Below, in pieces: positions 12,385 to 26,334 of a stretch of DNA of 64,000 nucleotides. Each line of letters begins with the position of its first letter. Positions within the stretch are counted from its first letter, which is position 1. This DNA is from Eledone cirrhosa (taxonomy: Eukaryota): contig OZ024740.1 in assembly GCA_964016885.1 (NCBI GenBank), forward strand, positions 61,814,001 through 61,878,000, given 5' to 3'. Position numbers and translations under genes: made by a program. A model generated the notes under the pieces. It ran no database searches, had not been told where the DNA came from, and saw nothing but the letters and a program-made list of their open reading frames with translations.

Positions 12385-12389
12385 TATAT

Positions 12390-13278
12390 ATATATCATAA
12401 ATCATGTCTTTAGAATCATCAGATAAAATATATACTATTTCTTCTTCTAATTAGCATAATTAACCATATAAAAAATCAATTATATTAAGCTATAAGAAGA
12501 AAGGCTCTTATGGAGAAATCTCCGACAAATAACCGAACGTAGCCTCTTCACGGCGGCCCCGATCGAGTATTTATCCAACATTTCGACAGCATGTAGAAAC
12601 TGACTAAATATATCATCAACCATACACAATTAGGTGTAAAATTAAACTTAGAAGAAATGCGTACATACCGTAATTATATCTCTACCATGGTTTCTTCCTT
12701 ATTTTTAGACATCCAAATAATAGGAATGTCCTGAGTTAGGATTCATCAGGAGACAAATTCAAAATCAGACATCTAGTTTTTCAATCCGATCCCGCCAAAA
12801 ATAGATTCAAAAATGGCTAAGAATCGCTATGTGGCAGTGGTCAAGCCAGAAAGAATGTGATTGGTTGCTTACGGCGGGTAGGCTTGCTGCTAGAAAGCGC
12901 AGCCAAATATCGCCAAATTTAATCTCAACCTATCGGGAGATTATTAAATATATAGGTTAACATATACATAAAGTTATAGATATATACATGTTGCAACTGG
13001 TCACTTTTAAGCTCTATGAAGAATTAATAAATTAAAAAATCAGAGCAATATATCATAAATCATGTCTTTAGAATCATCAGATAAAATATATACTATTTCT
13101 TCTTCTAATTAGCATAATTAACCATATAAAAAATCAATTATATCAAGCTATAAGAAGAAAGGCTCTTATGGAGAAATCTCCGACAAATGACCGAACGTAG
13201 CCTCTTCACGGCGGCCCCGATCGAGTATTTATCCAAGATTTCGACAGCATGTAGAAACTGACTAAATATATCATCATA
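12390..13278. mobile_element. Non-coding element with ~225-bp direct terminal repeats (period ~657 bp)
   Basis: 12393-12617 ~ 13050-13275; flanked by (TA)n. Confidence 0.7.
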
Positions 13279-13375
13279 TATATATATATATATACATAAA
13301 AATAAAATTAGTATTTTATTTCTCGCCCGAGCACAGCTGATACATAAATGTAAGTATGCACACATACACATATAT

Positions 13376-13651
13376 ATCATCATCATCATCATCATCAACG
13401 TTTAACGTCCGTGTTCCACGCTTGCATGGGTTTGGACGGGGGTATTCCCACTTGAGGCAAGAGTGATTGTCTTGCTCGCATAGGACTGTCTGGCAGGTTT
13501 TCTACAGTTGGATGCCCTTCCTAACACCAACCACATTTACAGTGTGGGACTGGGAGGTTTTTACCGTGTTGCCTACACGGCCACATTACAGCGTGGACTG
13601 TGTGTTTTTTTGTCGTGACACCTACACGATCTCATTTGTTTCGGCCTGGAT
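13376..13651 (-). mobile_element. RTE 3' UTR fragment
   Basis: Identity to family 3' UTR. Confidence 0.88.
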
Positions 13652-13801
13652 ATATATATACAAACATATATATATATATATACATACACACACATATATT
13701 CATATACATATGTACGTATGGGTTATATTGAACATTAATAATAATGTTCAGTACTTAAGAAAATATATATTTTCAACTGTTCAACAGACTGGTAGATGTA
13801 T

Positions 13802-13844
13802 ACAGTCCTGATGAAGGGTAACGATCCAGAAACATGTTGATTGT
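13802..13844 (+). ncRNA. Type I hammerhead ribozyme motif (family C)
   Basis: acagtc-CTGATGA-a-GGGT-aacg-ATCC-a-GAA-ACATGT-T-gattgt. Confidence 0.75.
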
Positions 13845-14098
13845 TCCTCAAAGCCAGTGTTGAACAAACAGGTGACGATCGGTCACTGACACAGCACAGC
13901 TTCAAATCAGGCCGTTTGTTTACAAACTTACATTTATGTATCAGCTGTGCTAGGGCGAGAAATAAAATTCTAATTTTATTTTTAATATTCGGCAAAGCCA
14001 GCTGTAACTCGCTCGGTATGCAAATGAGGCTACTCAGCCGATGTGTACTTAAGAAAATATTATATATTTTCAACCGTTCAACAGATTGGCAGAGGTAT

Positions 14099-14141
14099 AC
14101 AGTCCCGATGAAGAAAAATGACCCAGAAACATGTTGATTGT
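14099..14141 (+). ncRNA. Degenerate hammerhead motif (family C, second copy)
   Basis: acagtc-CCGATGA-...-GAA-ACATGT-T-gattgt; core and stem II mutated. Confidence 0.5.
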
Positions 14142-15049
14142 TCCTCAAGCCAGTGTTGAACAAACAGGTGACGATCAGTCACAGCTTTAAATTGGGCCGT
14201 TTGTTTACAAATGAATTGAACATTATTATTAGTGTTCGATATAACCCATATATACACATATATGTGTGTATGTGTGCATACTTATATATATATATATTGA
14301 TAACAGTCTCTTATCTTACTCACAAGTTGCTGATCAGCTAGTCTCAAAGCAACACTGCAAAATGCAAGGTGGCTATATTAGCTTATCTTTCAGGTGAGAG
14401 AATTAGTTTGTTCATGCTTATCTGCATATCTTTGAACCTATAGTTTAGCGCTTCACTTTTTTTTTTAATGAGGTACTTAGAATATCATCATCATTTAACA
14501 TCCATGTTCTATGCTTGTTGCTTTGTTGCTTTATGAGACTATTCATGCCAGGAAACCACATCTTGCTCATACAGATCTGTCTTTTGGCTTAGTGTCTACA
14601 GCTGGATGCCCTTCCTAACACCAACCATGTTACAGTGTGGACTGGGTGCTTATTATTGTGGCTCCAAACTGACCATCTAACAAGGTGAACAAGGTAGTTT
14701 TTGTCGTGACACCAGCACAACCTTTTTATAAAGTGGACTGGATACTTTTTTTCATGTCACCTTATAGGGTAGACTTGGCACCTTTTGTCATGTCACCATC
14801 ACAACCACCTTACAGGGTGAACTGAATGTCTTTTTTTTCTAATTTCACCAGCGTGACCACTCAACAGGGTGGACTTTGTACTCTTTCTCGCATTACCAGT
14901 ATGCAGAAACGCTATATGATGTACACAATGTGAATTTTGGGTATACAAGAGGTGCAGTGGGATAGCAGGTTGACAACCAGGAAGGGAAGTATGTAGAAGA
15001 TGCACGGGGTAATCGAGGGGAAGAGTGTTAGTGATGTAAAGCTTTTCCA

Positions 15050-15660
15050 ATCACAGGAGGGATTCATAAAAGTGGTCGATAGCTTCTGCTATCTAGGTGA
15101 CTTAATTAGCAGTGCAGGAGGGTGCTCTAGTAGCATAATAACCAGAATAAGGATAGGATGGGAGAAGTTTCGGAAGCTACTCACACAGTTGACAACAAAA
15201 GGTTTCTCCTTACATTCAAAAGGATGGCTTTATGATGCCTGTGTATGAAGTGTGTTACTGCATGGTAGTGAAACATGGGGAGTGGCTGCTGAGGACATCT
15301 ATAGACAGAAGAGAAATGAAGCAACCAGGCTTCATTGGATGTGCAATGTAAATGTGAGAGAAAAGCAGTTTCGATGAACTGGGAGAGATACTGGGTTTAA
15401 GAGGAATCCGAGGTGGTGTGCAGGAGAGAGAACTGCATTGGATTATTGTCACTGGGTGAAGAAGTGCCAGGCAATCCCAGTGGAAGGAAGCCACAGTAGA
15501 AGTAGACCAAGAAATACCTGGGCAGAGGTGGTGTGAACTAATCTCAAATTGCTGAAACTCAGAGGAGATGACGAAGAAATGCAGTGTGGAGAGATGCTGT
15601 ATGGCAAAAGACCTGTCTAACTCATGGAAGTGTGAAAAAATGGACATGATGATGATGATG
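15050..15660 (+). mobile_element. Old degenerate RTE 3' fragment
   Basis: VDSFCYLGDLIS...GWEKFRKLL...LYDACV; (GAT)n end. Confidence 0.8.
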
Positions 15661-16172
15661 TGTGTGTGTATATATATATATATATATGTTTTCATCATCA
15701 TCATCATTTAACATCTGCTTTCCTGCTAGCAAGAGTTGGATGGGTCTACATAGACCAACTCAGTACTGAAGCGGGGCCACTGACATCCCAGACAGGCCAA
15801 GGAGGTCTGTATCCTGCTTACATACAGTCATTATTGAGTGCAGGGGAGATGTTGTGTCTTTTGACACAAACTGAAGGATCCTCATAACCCTTTATTTGGC
15901 AAGCTTTCTATGGCTGGATGCCCCTTCCTAACACTAACAACTTTACAGTGTGTGTATGTGTGTGTATATATATATAAATAATTGTTTCTACTTTAGGTAC
16001 AAGGCCAGCAATTACCCAGTACATTACTGGTACTTTATTTTATCGACCCCATAAGGATGAAAGGCAAAGTTAACCTCGGTGGCATTTGAACTCAGACTGT
16101 AAAGGGACGTAACTATGCTAGAATGCATGGCGTCCAACCCTCTACCGATACTGCCAATTCACCGCCCTGTAT

Positions 16173-16976
16173 ATCATCATCATCATCATCATCAACGTTT
16201 AACGTCCGTGTTCCACGCTTGCATGGGTTTGGACGGGGGTAGTCCCACTTGAGGCAAGAGTGATTGTCTTGCTCGCATAGGACTGTCTGGCAGGTTTTCT
16301 ACAGTTGGATGCCCTTCCTAACACCAACCACATTTACAGTGTGGGTCTGGGAGGTTTTTACCGTGTTGCCTACACAGCCACATTACAGCGTGGACTGTGT
16401 ATTTTTTTGTCGTGACACCTACACGATCTCATTTGTTTCGGCCCGGATGGCGCGGCACCAACATAACTTTACATAGGACGGGGTGGTCTGGATGGGGTGG
16501 GGGTGGTGGTGGTGGGACGGGGTGTATTTTGTTAGAGATGCCTACTGGCAAGGCGGGTCTTCTCTGTTACTGAGTACCGCCAAAGGTCTCGGTCCAGTGA
16601 CATTGTCTTGGAGAGGTGTAAGTGTGTGAGGTCGGAGTTTATCAGCTCGTCCCAGGTTTTTCTAGGTCTGCCTATTCCGTGGCTACCGTCTATCTTTATT
16701 GCCCTGCACTTTGTTATACAGCTATCGACTTTCATGCGCATCACGTGTCCATACCAACGTAGCCTTCTCTCGAGTAAACAACATCTGATCCCTCTTATCT
16801 CTAATTTTTTCCTTAGTTCGTTTATGTTTTGCCGTTCACGTATATTACTGTTACACATCCAGCGGAGCATGCAAGCTTCGTTCCTCTCTAGTCTGCGTAT
16901 ATCCTCTGCACACAATGCCCAGGTCTCACTGCCATGCAACATTGCTGTTCGTATGCAGGCATCGTACAACCTGCCT
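16173..16976 (-). mobile_element. RTE LINE 3' end
   Basis: ORF 16532-17065 carries RT C-terminus; 3' UTR; (CAT)n. Confidence 0.92.
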
Positions 16977-19406
16977 ATATAAATAGTGAAGATGATATAT
17001 ATATGAAGATGATACGTATATATTATTCCTCTCAAGCTGTGGAATATAACATAAAAAAAAAACACATGGCTAAGAAAGTGATCTCCTTAACCACATAGCT
17101 ATTTCTAAGTTTCTCATAGTAAAAAAAAAATTCTATTCTATTTTTGCCCTAAATATTCTGTGTTCTAATTATTGGTACATAATACCAATAGTTAAGCACA
17201 AACCGTTTTGTAGACTAATTTAACAATAGGGAAAATATATAGTTCAAGTAATAACACACATAAAGAAAAAAAAAGAGTTTTGCGGCCTGAAACTCATTTA
17301 AGCAGAACAATATATTAATGATCTTATCAAACATTATATTACTATATGTTTGAATACAGAAAGAAATTAATGAATACCAATTGACAATTGATTGCACAGC
17401 TACAAAATATAGTTGACTACTTAACTTTTCAATGAAAGAGGTATGTTAATGAATGATCTCCATCAATGTGGTGAATTGGCTGAATTGTTAGAGCATAGGG
17501 AAAAATGTCGTGATATTTCTCTTCTAGTTTTCTGTGTTCTATGTTCAAATCATGCCAAATCTAACTTTGCTCTCATCCTTTCAGAGTGAATAAATATCTT
17601 AGCCCAATGTCACTGCTATAAATGATTAACCTTCAGCACACTGAATTTTTTTATGAATTGCTTTCCTTGACACCGCATTATGTATTAAGGGGAGATCACT
17701 CTATTGGTGACATAATGCGCCTAGAGCGCGCTGAAGGTTAAAATAAATAGCAGTTTAAAACAGTGAATTTGACGTAATTGTAAAACATTGGATGAAATCC
17801 TTTGTAATATTTTTTCTGATTTTGCATTCTGATTTCAAAATCTAGCTTGGTGTTCTTGGGTTGCTGACTTAATCTGTCTGTCAATCTAACACCACCATCT
17901 GATCCTTGAATTTGTTTAGCAGAGTCCACTTTATTGCAAGCATTCAGACCAGGTCTTTGGTTTGAAGACACCTTCTTCACTTATTTTCTCCCACCAAGTA
18001 AAAAAACATAGTGTATGAGCAAGGCAAAGTTGCCTGACCTGTCTGGCTTCAGTACATGATAGTCCATCCAGCCCATGTAAACATGAAAAATAAATATTAA
18101 ATTGTGATGATGATGATAATGATGATGCTTGTTTTGTTACACCACAGGAATACCTCTTAACCAATTTCAGTTACTTAGCTTTTCTAACGCTTCATCAGAT
18201 TAATGAGGAGAGAGAAAGTATTAATGTTTCTTAGCTAAGTTTTAAGGAGTGAGGACCTTAGCTTTCAGTATCATAAGCTAGCAGCATCACAGTGAGGTTT
18301 GATGGTATTTTGAAGATTATTAGTTACAGGTTGAATTTTTAAATGGGTAAAAAACTTTATTCAATATATTTCAATTAAATTATATAATGGACAACCCGTC
18401 TAACCCATGCTAGCGTGGAAGAACGGACGTAAAACGGTGATGATGATGATAATGAATGTTTGCAAAAAAATTAATAATGAAAGTAAGAGGAAGGGGGGAG
18501 GAGCAGAAAATTCTACACTCCAGTCTCAGCAGTATATCTATGTCCTGTGAACAAAATGGCAAAGGTATTGCTGCAGAGAACAGCCAGAAACACCCACTGC
18601 ATCATCCACTCCATCTCAGTGGGCTCTTTCCTCATGTGGGATGCATTCCACCCAATTTTGTGGAGGAAAACAGCAATTTAGGGACTGAAGACACCAGAGG
18701 TCTCAACAGTAACCAGCACAAAAAGGAATCAGTTGGTCAAGTCTTGGTATTTGGCTATCTTCTGCTTTTTTATTTCTGGTAGCAGTGCCAAGGTGAATTA
18801 ACATTGGTAATATTTGGTTGTGATATTATTTTCAGTCTCTAAAGTCTGTCTCAACCTTGGAGGCTCATCAAGTTGGTGCTTCTCCCAGTTTCTGTGGCAT
18901 TGGAGAAAACTGAAGATAACATGGTTACAAAGTGAACTTCTTAACCACACAGCTATGCCTGCACCTACATTTATTGTTAGGAGAAATATAGTTGCTCAAG
19001 TAAAATGTATTGTAGTGTCTATTGCAGTATATGAATTTGTTTGTCATTAAGGTAGTCTAGCTAAATTAATAGGAGCGGAACTTGCAGTGAAAGCTGACTT
19101 CTGAAGTGTTTTGATGACATATATTTCATTCTACATCTTCCTTTTGATATCAAGTATACATCTTGGTTGACAGACATAATACAAACAGAACTTATCAATT
19201 AATTATCTGAGACTTAAACACTTAAAGCTAGGCATGTTATAATGACATTGTGTTCTTGAGTGAAATTTGAAATAGAATCAGCTTCTAGTTTAATATAAAG
19301 CTTCATTTTAAATTAAGATTGTTGGTTACAAGAAACACATCGACTTACTGACAAAAAGTTGGAGGTTTATCTATTGTGGATTAGCATATTTAATTTTCAA
19401 TCTGAC

Positions 19407-22400
19407 ATCATCATCATCATCAACGTTTAACGTCCGTGTTCCACGCTTGCATGGGTTTGGACGGGGGTTTTCCCACTTGAGGCAAGAGTGATTATCTTGC
19501 TCGCATAGGACTATCTGGCGGGTTTTCTACAGCTGGATGCCCTTCCTAACACCAACCACATTTACAGTGTGGGACTGGGAGGTTTTTACCGTGTTGCCTA
19601 CACGGCCACATTACAGCGTGGACTGTCTGGCGGGTTTTCTACGGCTGGATGCCCTTCCTAACACCAACCACATTTACAGTGTGGGGCTGGGAGGTTTTTA
19701 CCGTGTTGCCTACACGGCCACATTACAGCGTGAACTGTGTGTTTTTTTGTCGTGACACCTACACAATCTCATTTGTTTCGGTCTGGATGTTGTGGCACCA
19801 ACATAACTTTACATTGAAAGGGGCGGTGTGGATGGGGTGGGGGTGGTGGCACGGGGTGTATTTTGTTAGAGATGCCTACTGACTGTAGTAGGTTTTACTT
19901 TGTATTTAGGTAAGGCGGGTCTTCTCTATTACTGAGTACCGCCAAAGGTCTCGGTCCAGTGACATTGTCTTGGAGAGGTGTAAGTGTGTGAGGTCGGAAT
20001 TTATCAGCTCGTCCCAGGTTTTTCTGGGTCTGCCTATTCCGTGGCTACCGTCTATCTTTATTGCCCTGCACTTTGTTATACAGCTATCGTCTTTCATGCG
20101 CATCACGTGACCATACCAACGTAACCTTCTCTCGAGTAAACAACATCTGATCCCTCTTATTTCTAATTTTTTCCTTAGTTCGTTTATGCTTTGCCGTTCA
20201 CGTATATTACTATTACACATCCAGCGGAGCATGCAAGCTTCGTTCCTCTCTAGTCTGCGTATATCCTCTGCACACAATGCCCAGGTCTCACTGCCATGCA
20301 ACATTGCTGTTCATATGCAGGCATCATACAACCTGCCTTTCATTATTAGGGAGAACCCTTTAGCGGCTAATAGTGGTATAAGCTCTCTGAACTTTTTCCA
20401 TCCAGTTCTGACTCTAGCTACTGTACTTTCAGAGCACCCTCCCCCACTGCTGATTTTGTCACCCAGGTAACGGAAGCTGTCCACTATTTCTATAGAACCC
20501 TCTGCGCAGTTGAAAGAGGTAGTATTTTGTGGGCACTTGCTGCTACTTATTGCACCAGAGCACCGGCCACATGTAAAATCTATGTTCTTAGTTAGCTTAC
20601 CTGTGATCCCACTACATCTTTTATGCACCCATACTTTGCATTTGGGACATAAAATGGAGTTTCTACCTACGCCTTTCCTACATACTGAGCATCGCCACTT
20701 CCTGGAAGGGACCGCCGCCTTATTTTCTTTCTTACAAACTAGAACTTTAGTCTTAGCCAGGTTAATTTTAAGGCCTTTTGATTCTAGGCCGTGCTTCCAT
20801 GTTTGGAATTTCTTCTCTAGCTCGGCCATTGATTCAGCTATGAGTGTTAGGTCATCTGCGTATAGGAGTTCCCATGGGCAACTGGTCTTGAACTCCTCTG
20901 TTATAGCCTGAAGGGCAATAATAAATAGTAGGGGGCTGAGAACAGAACCCTGATGGACGCCAACTTTTACGCTAAACTCTTCACTATATTCGTTGTTAAT
21001 TCTAACCTTGCTGACTGTTTCTTTATACATGGCTTGTATAGCTCTCACGAGCCATTCGTCAACACCTAGTTTTCTAAGAGCCCACCAGATAATGGAACGG
21101 GGGAATCTGTCGAAGGCTTTCTCCAAGTCGACAAAAGCTAAGTATAGGGGTTTACTTTTAGCTAGGTACTTCTCCTGTAGTTGTCGTACAATGAAAAGAG
21201 CGTCTGTGGTACTTTTGCCTGACACAAACCCGAACTGCATTTCATCTAGATCAATTCTCTCTCTGATTCATCATCATCATCATCATTCCATTTTACGTCT
21301 GCTTTTCCCTGCTTGCAAGGGTGGGACGGGAACTGATGCTGGCTTGATTTCTACAGCTGGATGCCCTTCCTAACACCAACCTCATTTACAGTGAGTGCTG
21401 GGTGCTTTTTTGCCGTGGCACCTCCACGACCACTTTGCAGTGGAATGATATGGACCTCAGTCCCTATCATCTCATTTCTACAGCTGAGTAAACTGGAGCA
21501 ATGTGAAATAAAGTGTCTTGCTCAAGGAAACAACACATCACCCAGTCTGAGAATTGAACTCACAACCTTTTGATTGCAAGGCCAATGCTCTAACCACTAA
21601 GCCATGTGCCTCCATTAGTTGCGCTATTACTTTTTCCGTGACCTTCATGACCTGGTCGATTAATTTAATGCCTCTATAGTTACTCCTATCTAGGGCATTT
21701 CCTTTACCCTTATAACAGTTAACGATGCTGCTGCTACGCCAGTCCTTCGGAACAACCCCATTCTGTACGACTTGGTTAACTATCCGGGTGACCATGGTGT
21801 GTCCCACCGTACCAGATGCCTTCAGCATCTCGGCAACTATTTCCGAAGGCCCAGCTGCCTTACCCGTCTTCATATCTTTGATTGCCTTACTTATTATACT
21901 ACCTTCGACTAACACTGCTGGTCCCTCTATTGGGTCGATGTGGGGGAGACTGTCTTTCTCCCATTTATTCTCCTCATTTAGTAGCCTTTCATAGTGACAC
22001 TTCCAAGCTACCTTCTTATCAGCGTCAGTGATGGCAAGTACGCCGTCATCATTAAGTACACACTTCTCCCTGACAATATCACGGTTTTCCTCGACACATT
22101 GCCTAGCAATCCTGAACACCTCACGTTTTTGGTCCTCGCGTTGTAGAACATGCTTGAACTTTCTTTCCTCTGCTTCCCTTCTTGCGAAGTACACTTGTCT
22201 GCTAGCTTCCCTCCTGGTCACTTGATAGTCTTCTCTACTTCCCCCATCCTGCCATACTTTCCAAGCCTGCTTTTTGGCCTTAATTGCCCCCTCCACCTTA
22301 CTGTTCCACCACCATGTTACTCTCCTCCTGCCTACAGGCCCGCTCCAGCCACAGACTTCGTCTGCCGCCATCAGCAGGTTTGCTTTCAGGAATTCCCACT

Positions 22401-22460
22401 GCTCCTCTATATTGTACAACTCTAATTGCTCTTCCTTACTGTCGAAAGCATCATATGATA
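19407..22460 (-). mobile_element. RTE LINE (~2.7 kb, 5'-truncated) interrupted by a SINE
   Basis: RT ORF pieces 21538-22419, 20311-21240, 19906-20304 (NYRGI, QFGF, DLEKAFD, QGSVLSP, YADD). Confidence 0.95.
21268..21613 (-). mobile_element. tRNA-headed CORE-like SINE with RTE-type (GAT)n tail
   Basis: A-box tggcttagtgg, B-box gagttcaatt, core ccttgagcaagacacttt; copies at ~30368-30683(-), 46616-47004(+), 50109-50452(+). Confidence 0.85.
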
Positions 22461-22544
22461 GTTAACAAATGTCATGATGAGTGGTCAACCTACAACCACA
22501 CCTTTTGTACATATAGACTTTTAGAATAGTACTTTAGTAGTATG

Positions 22545-22726
22545 CAGGGTTGGATTAACCATTAAAGAAAATAAACACATGCTTAGGACATCAAAGGAAG
22601 AGGGCACTATTTTATTCAAATTAAATGTATTTGTCACTCCCTCTCCATTCTTTTTGTAGACTTTATATATAGAAGTACCATAATTTTTTAAGTGCTTAGA
22701 GCCTCAAAAAAATTAATCTGACTTTG
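22545..22726. mobile_element. hAT-type MITE
   Basis: cagggttggattaa...ttaatctgactttg; 8-bp TSD gtagtatg/gtagtaag. Confidence 0.7.
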
Positions 22727-23796
22727 GTAGTAAGCATATTACAGTTTTTAGTAGTTATTTTTTAAGGTAAAAAGTGTTGGAATAATGTATTGTAGAAAGA
22801 TAACAATTATAATTGAAGAGGATATCAAAGGGTGTGAACCAGTCCTCTGGTAAAGAATCTCTCCACATCTAGAGAAAAGATGTAAATTTGGGTTTGATGT
22901 TCTTTGTTGTAACTTGAATGTTTATAGGTTATAATTTAATTAATGAGTAAATTGTTCTAACTATATGGTAGGTGGGAGTACAACTTGCATTGTTTGTTTT
23001 ACACAGCCACAAATATATGTAAAAATAAATGAACCTACATTGGTTTCAACAATCTAGTTGTTTGGTCAATGAAATGACATATTTAAAAAAAATTATCATG
23101 TAAGTGGCTGAGTAGGGGAATTCAGCATGATACTGTGTACAACAAGGCTGACCTTTTGAATTACAGATTCAATCTATCCACTGGGGTTCAGAATAGTTTC
23201 TGTTTTCCCAAATTTACTCACAAGTCTTAGATAGACCAAACAAAACTATAGTAAAAAACATTTGCCTCAGATACTACATCGTGGGACTGAAGCTACAATC
23301 TCATAACTGCAAAGCAAACTTGTTAATCATTTGGTCATACTGTGTCCATACAGCCATGAATATTGTCACATAAAAATTCTTTAATTGCTTTGCTCAGCTT
23401 GAGTTTTTTGTGGGGTTTTTTTTTAACATAGTTTGTTGAGATAAACCTTTAGTTATTGGATAGTGTCTCTGGAGCCTTGAGGAATGTTATCCTTTATTTA
23501 GGATATGGTTTAATTTCAAGTGATATTCTTTAGTATCCATTATGACTGCAATACTGTACATATCACTTAGTCATAGGTCTCGTTAGTGCTGGTCTCATGG
23601 TAAAATGCACCCCCATGCACTCTGTAAAATGTGGCAACACATGTGAGATGCGGCCCCCTGGCCCATTTGAGAATTCGGTAGCTCTAATTAAATACTGATT
23701 TGTTTGGTAGTGAGGCATCCAACCCTTGCAAGCAAGGAAAATGGATGTTAAGTGATGATGATGATGATGATGATAATCATGTATATATCTATTTTT

Positions 23797-23954
<158 letters not shown>

Positions 23955-24708
23955 TTGTGCATGTGCATATATAAGTATGTGTATCTGTGACTAGCTTAAT
24001 GTTAAATCCAATAAGTTCTATATCAATTTATTTGCTATGGTCTTGAATAAATAATGAGATATATTGTATCCTTATACTGCTGACACAAATAGAATCAGAA
24101 TGGTAAAATTGAAGATTTATAACTGTTCCACAGATAATAACATATTCTAGATTTCTAGAAGCCATACAGAACATTTCTGTGTCTGGTTTTCTTTCTTAAC
24201 GTCTTCATACTAATAAAGGTGTTACTTGTAGATAACTTTAGATGTCAGTTTCATTATATACAACAACTATAACAAAAACAACAGCAGCAGCAGTAGCAGC
24301 AATACACATTTTTTGTCTATTTTCCTTGCTAAAGTAAGAGTTAGCTTTTGGAGACCCATGACAAACTTCTCCATTTTGCTTTATTATCTGTATTCCCCCC
24401 TCACCAGTCCCTTGACTTTAAATTTCCATCCCTCATTTTTAGCCATGCCTTTGTTGGTCTTCTTCCTCTACTTCCTTCTACTTTCATTTCCATCACTCCT
24501 ATCAACCACTCACTTTCACCAAGTGAGTGGTTGATAGGAATGATGGAAATGAAAGTAGTATATAATGAATCAGTAAGTAAACAAATTTACAAGTAAAAAG
24601 AATCTGTCATTTTGGACAGCACAATGATATATAAATTGTGATTTATCAATTTTAATGGGTGGCATGTACTATTAGATTTACAAATTATTTTGAATAGTTT
24701 ATTATTAA

Positions 24709-24928
24709 CTCTCAACATCCTGTAATGATTTAGAAGAAAGAAAGCATAAAAATGGTGCCTGTTAATTCAAATGTTTGTACAGTCTTTAGAATTATTAAGA
24801 AAATCTACAATATTAGAATAAAAGCTTTACATTTTAACATAAAGCTTTTCTTCAATGTCATAGTGCTGTTTTGTACTTTTCAAGAATATCTTGCTAATGC
24901 AGTTAAATGGGGTGCTGGATGTAAAGAG
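24709..24928. mobile_element. TTAA-flanked MITE (piggyBac-like); related copy at ~59945-60152
   Basis: ttaa-ctctcaacatcc...ggatgtaaagag-ttaa; shared internal blocks with 59986-60155. Confidence 0.55.
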
Positions 24929-25713
24929 TTAAATACAAAGTATGAAGTCTTAATGTAAAAAATTCAACAATAGTTATTAGCTATCATTTTAAAATAGATG
25001 TAGCATTCCTTATAATCAATTAAAATTGTCATAATTTTTTTTATACACAAGTTTTGCTAGATTTTTACATTGATAAAAATAAATTTTCTGTTGTTATCTT
25101 CAGGCATTGATATCCAATAGCTATAAGATAATATGCTGTATCACTGCAAAGCACTGCAATTCAGTATGAGCAAAAACATATTCATTTCAAAATTTAATTA
25201 GCCCGTGAGGACTAAAACTCATATTTAAATATAACTCTGTGTGTGTGTGTGTTTAGATATGTATCATTATATATATATATAAATCATCATCATCGTTTCG
25301 TTTGACATTGACTTTTCCAGGCTGGCATGGGTTGGATGAGACTTTTTGAGGCAACGTTTTACAGTTGGATGCCCTTCCTGACACCAACCCTTTTAGTCGC
25401 TTCTTACAACATGAGGAGGGATATGATGTACTTATTCTAAACAATATATATATATATATAACAAAGAGGTGTGGCAAGATACCACTGTAAAGTGGTTGTG
25501 TAGACGTCATGGTAAAAAAGCACCCAGTACTCACTGTAAATGAGGTTGGTGTTAGGAAGGATATCCAGCTGTAGAAATCAAGCCAAAATCAGTTCCTGTA
25601 TGAACAAGACATGGTCCCCCTTGACTTGCCCACATGACAACCCGTCTAACCCATGCTAGCATTGAAGAATGATCGTAAAATGGTGATGATGATGATATAT
25701 ATATATATAAATA

Positions 25714-26162
25714 TGTAGCGACGTGGTTAGTCAGTCTGGTCACTACTTCTGATCAGATCCGAGAATAGCCCTTAGAAGGACTGTTATCGCATACGGTCTG
25801 ATCTGAAGATAGCCCTTAAAAGGACTGTTGAGGATGGACAGACGAAAGCACAAGTTGAAAGGACAAAGCAAGGCGAGATGTAAATTCAATCAGCTATTTA
25901 TTTTCACATGAAGCGACGATACGAGGTACAAGGCGTGTGTGAGTGACAAAGCATGGCAGAGGCAGGTTGACTCTGCCAAATGTCGACTGGTGAAGTGTTT
26001 GGAACCACTCTATTTATACAGAAATAATCGTTTGATGTTTAGCCGCCCTGTAGGCGTTTATTCTGGTAGTTTCTAAGGGCTGTTTGTTTCACGGTGAGGT
26101 AGCTAGCTAACAGGTAGATGGCGCTGTATATTTTTATAGATGTTATTTCCGGTGGCTGTACA
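25714..26162 (-). mobile_element. Solo LTR of the Gypsy family at 51200-56761
   Basis: Reverse complement of that LTR, TG...CA ends, flanks aata/cata. Confidence 0.92.
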
Positions 26163-26334
26163 CATATATATAAATATATATTTTTACAGTGTGGACTGGG
26201 TGCTTTTTTTTGTCATGACACCTCCACAACCACTTTGCAGTGGGAGGGGGGAGGGGGCATACTGTCTATATGCTTCAGCTTCGGCTTGTACATGTGTATA
26301 TATTTATATATGTATATGTGTATATATTTATATA

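Larger units (their letters stand above)
13745..14230 (+). repeat. ~297-bp partial tandem repeat carrying hammerhead motifs (family C); inverted fragment at ~13295-13375
   Basis: 13750-13930 ~ 14044-14212. Confidence 0.75.
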
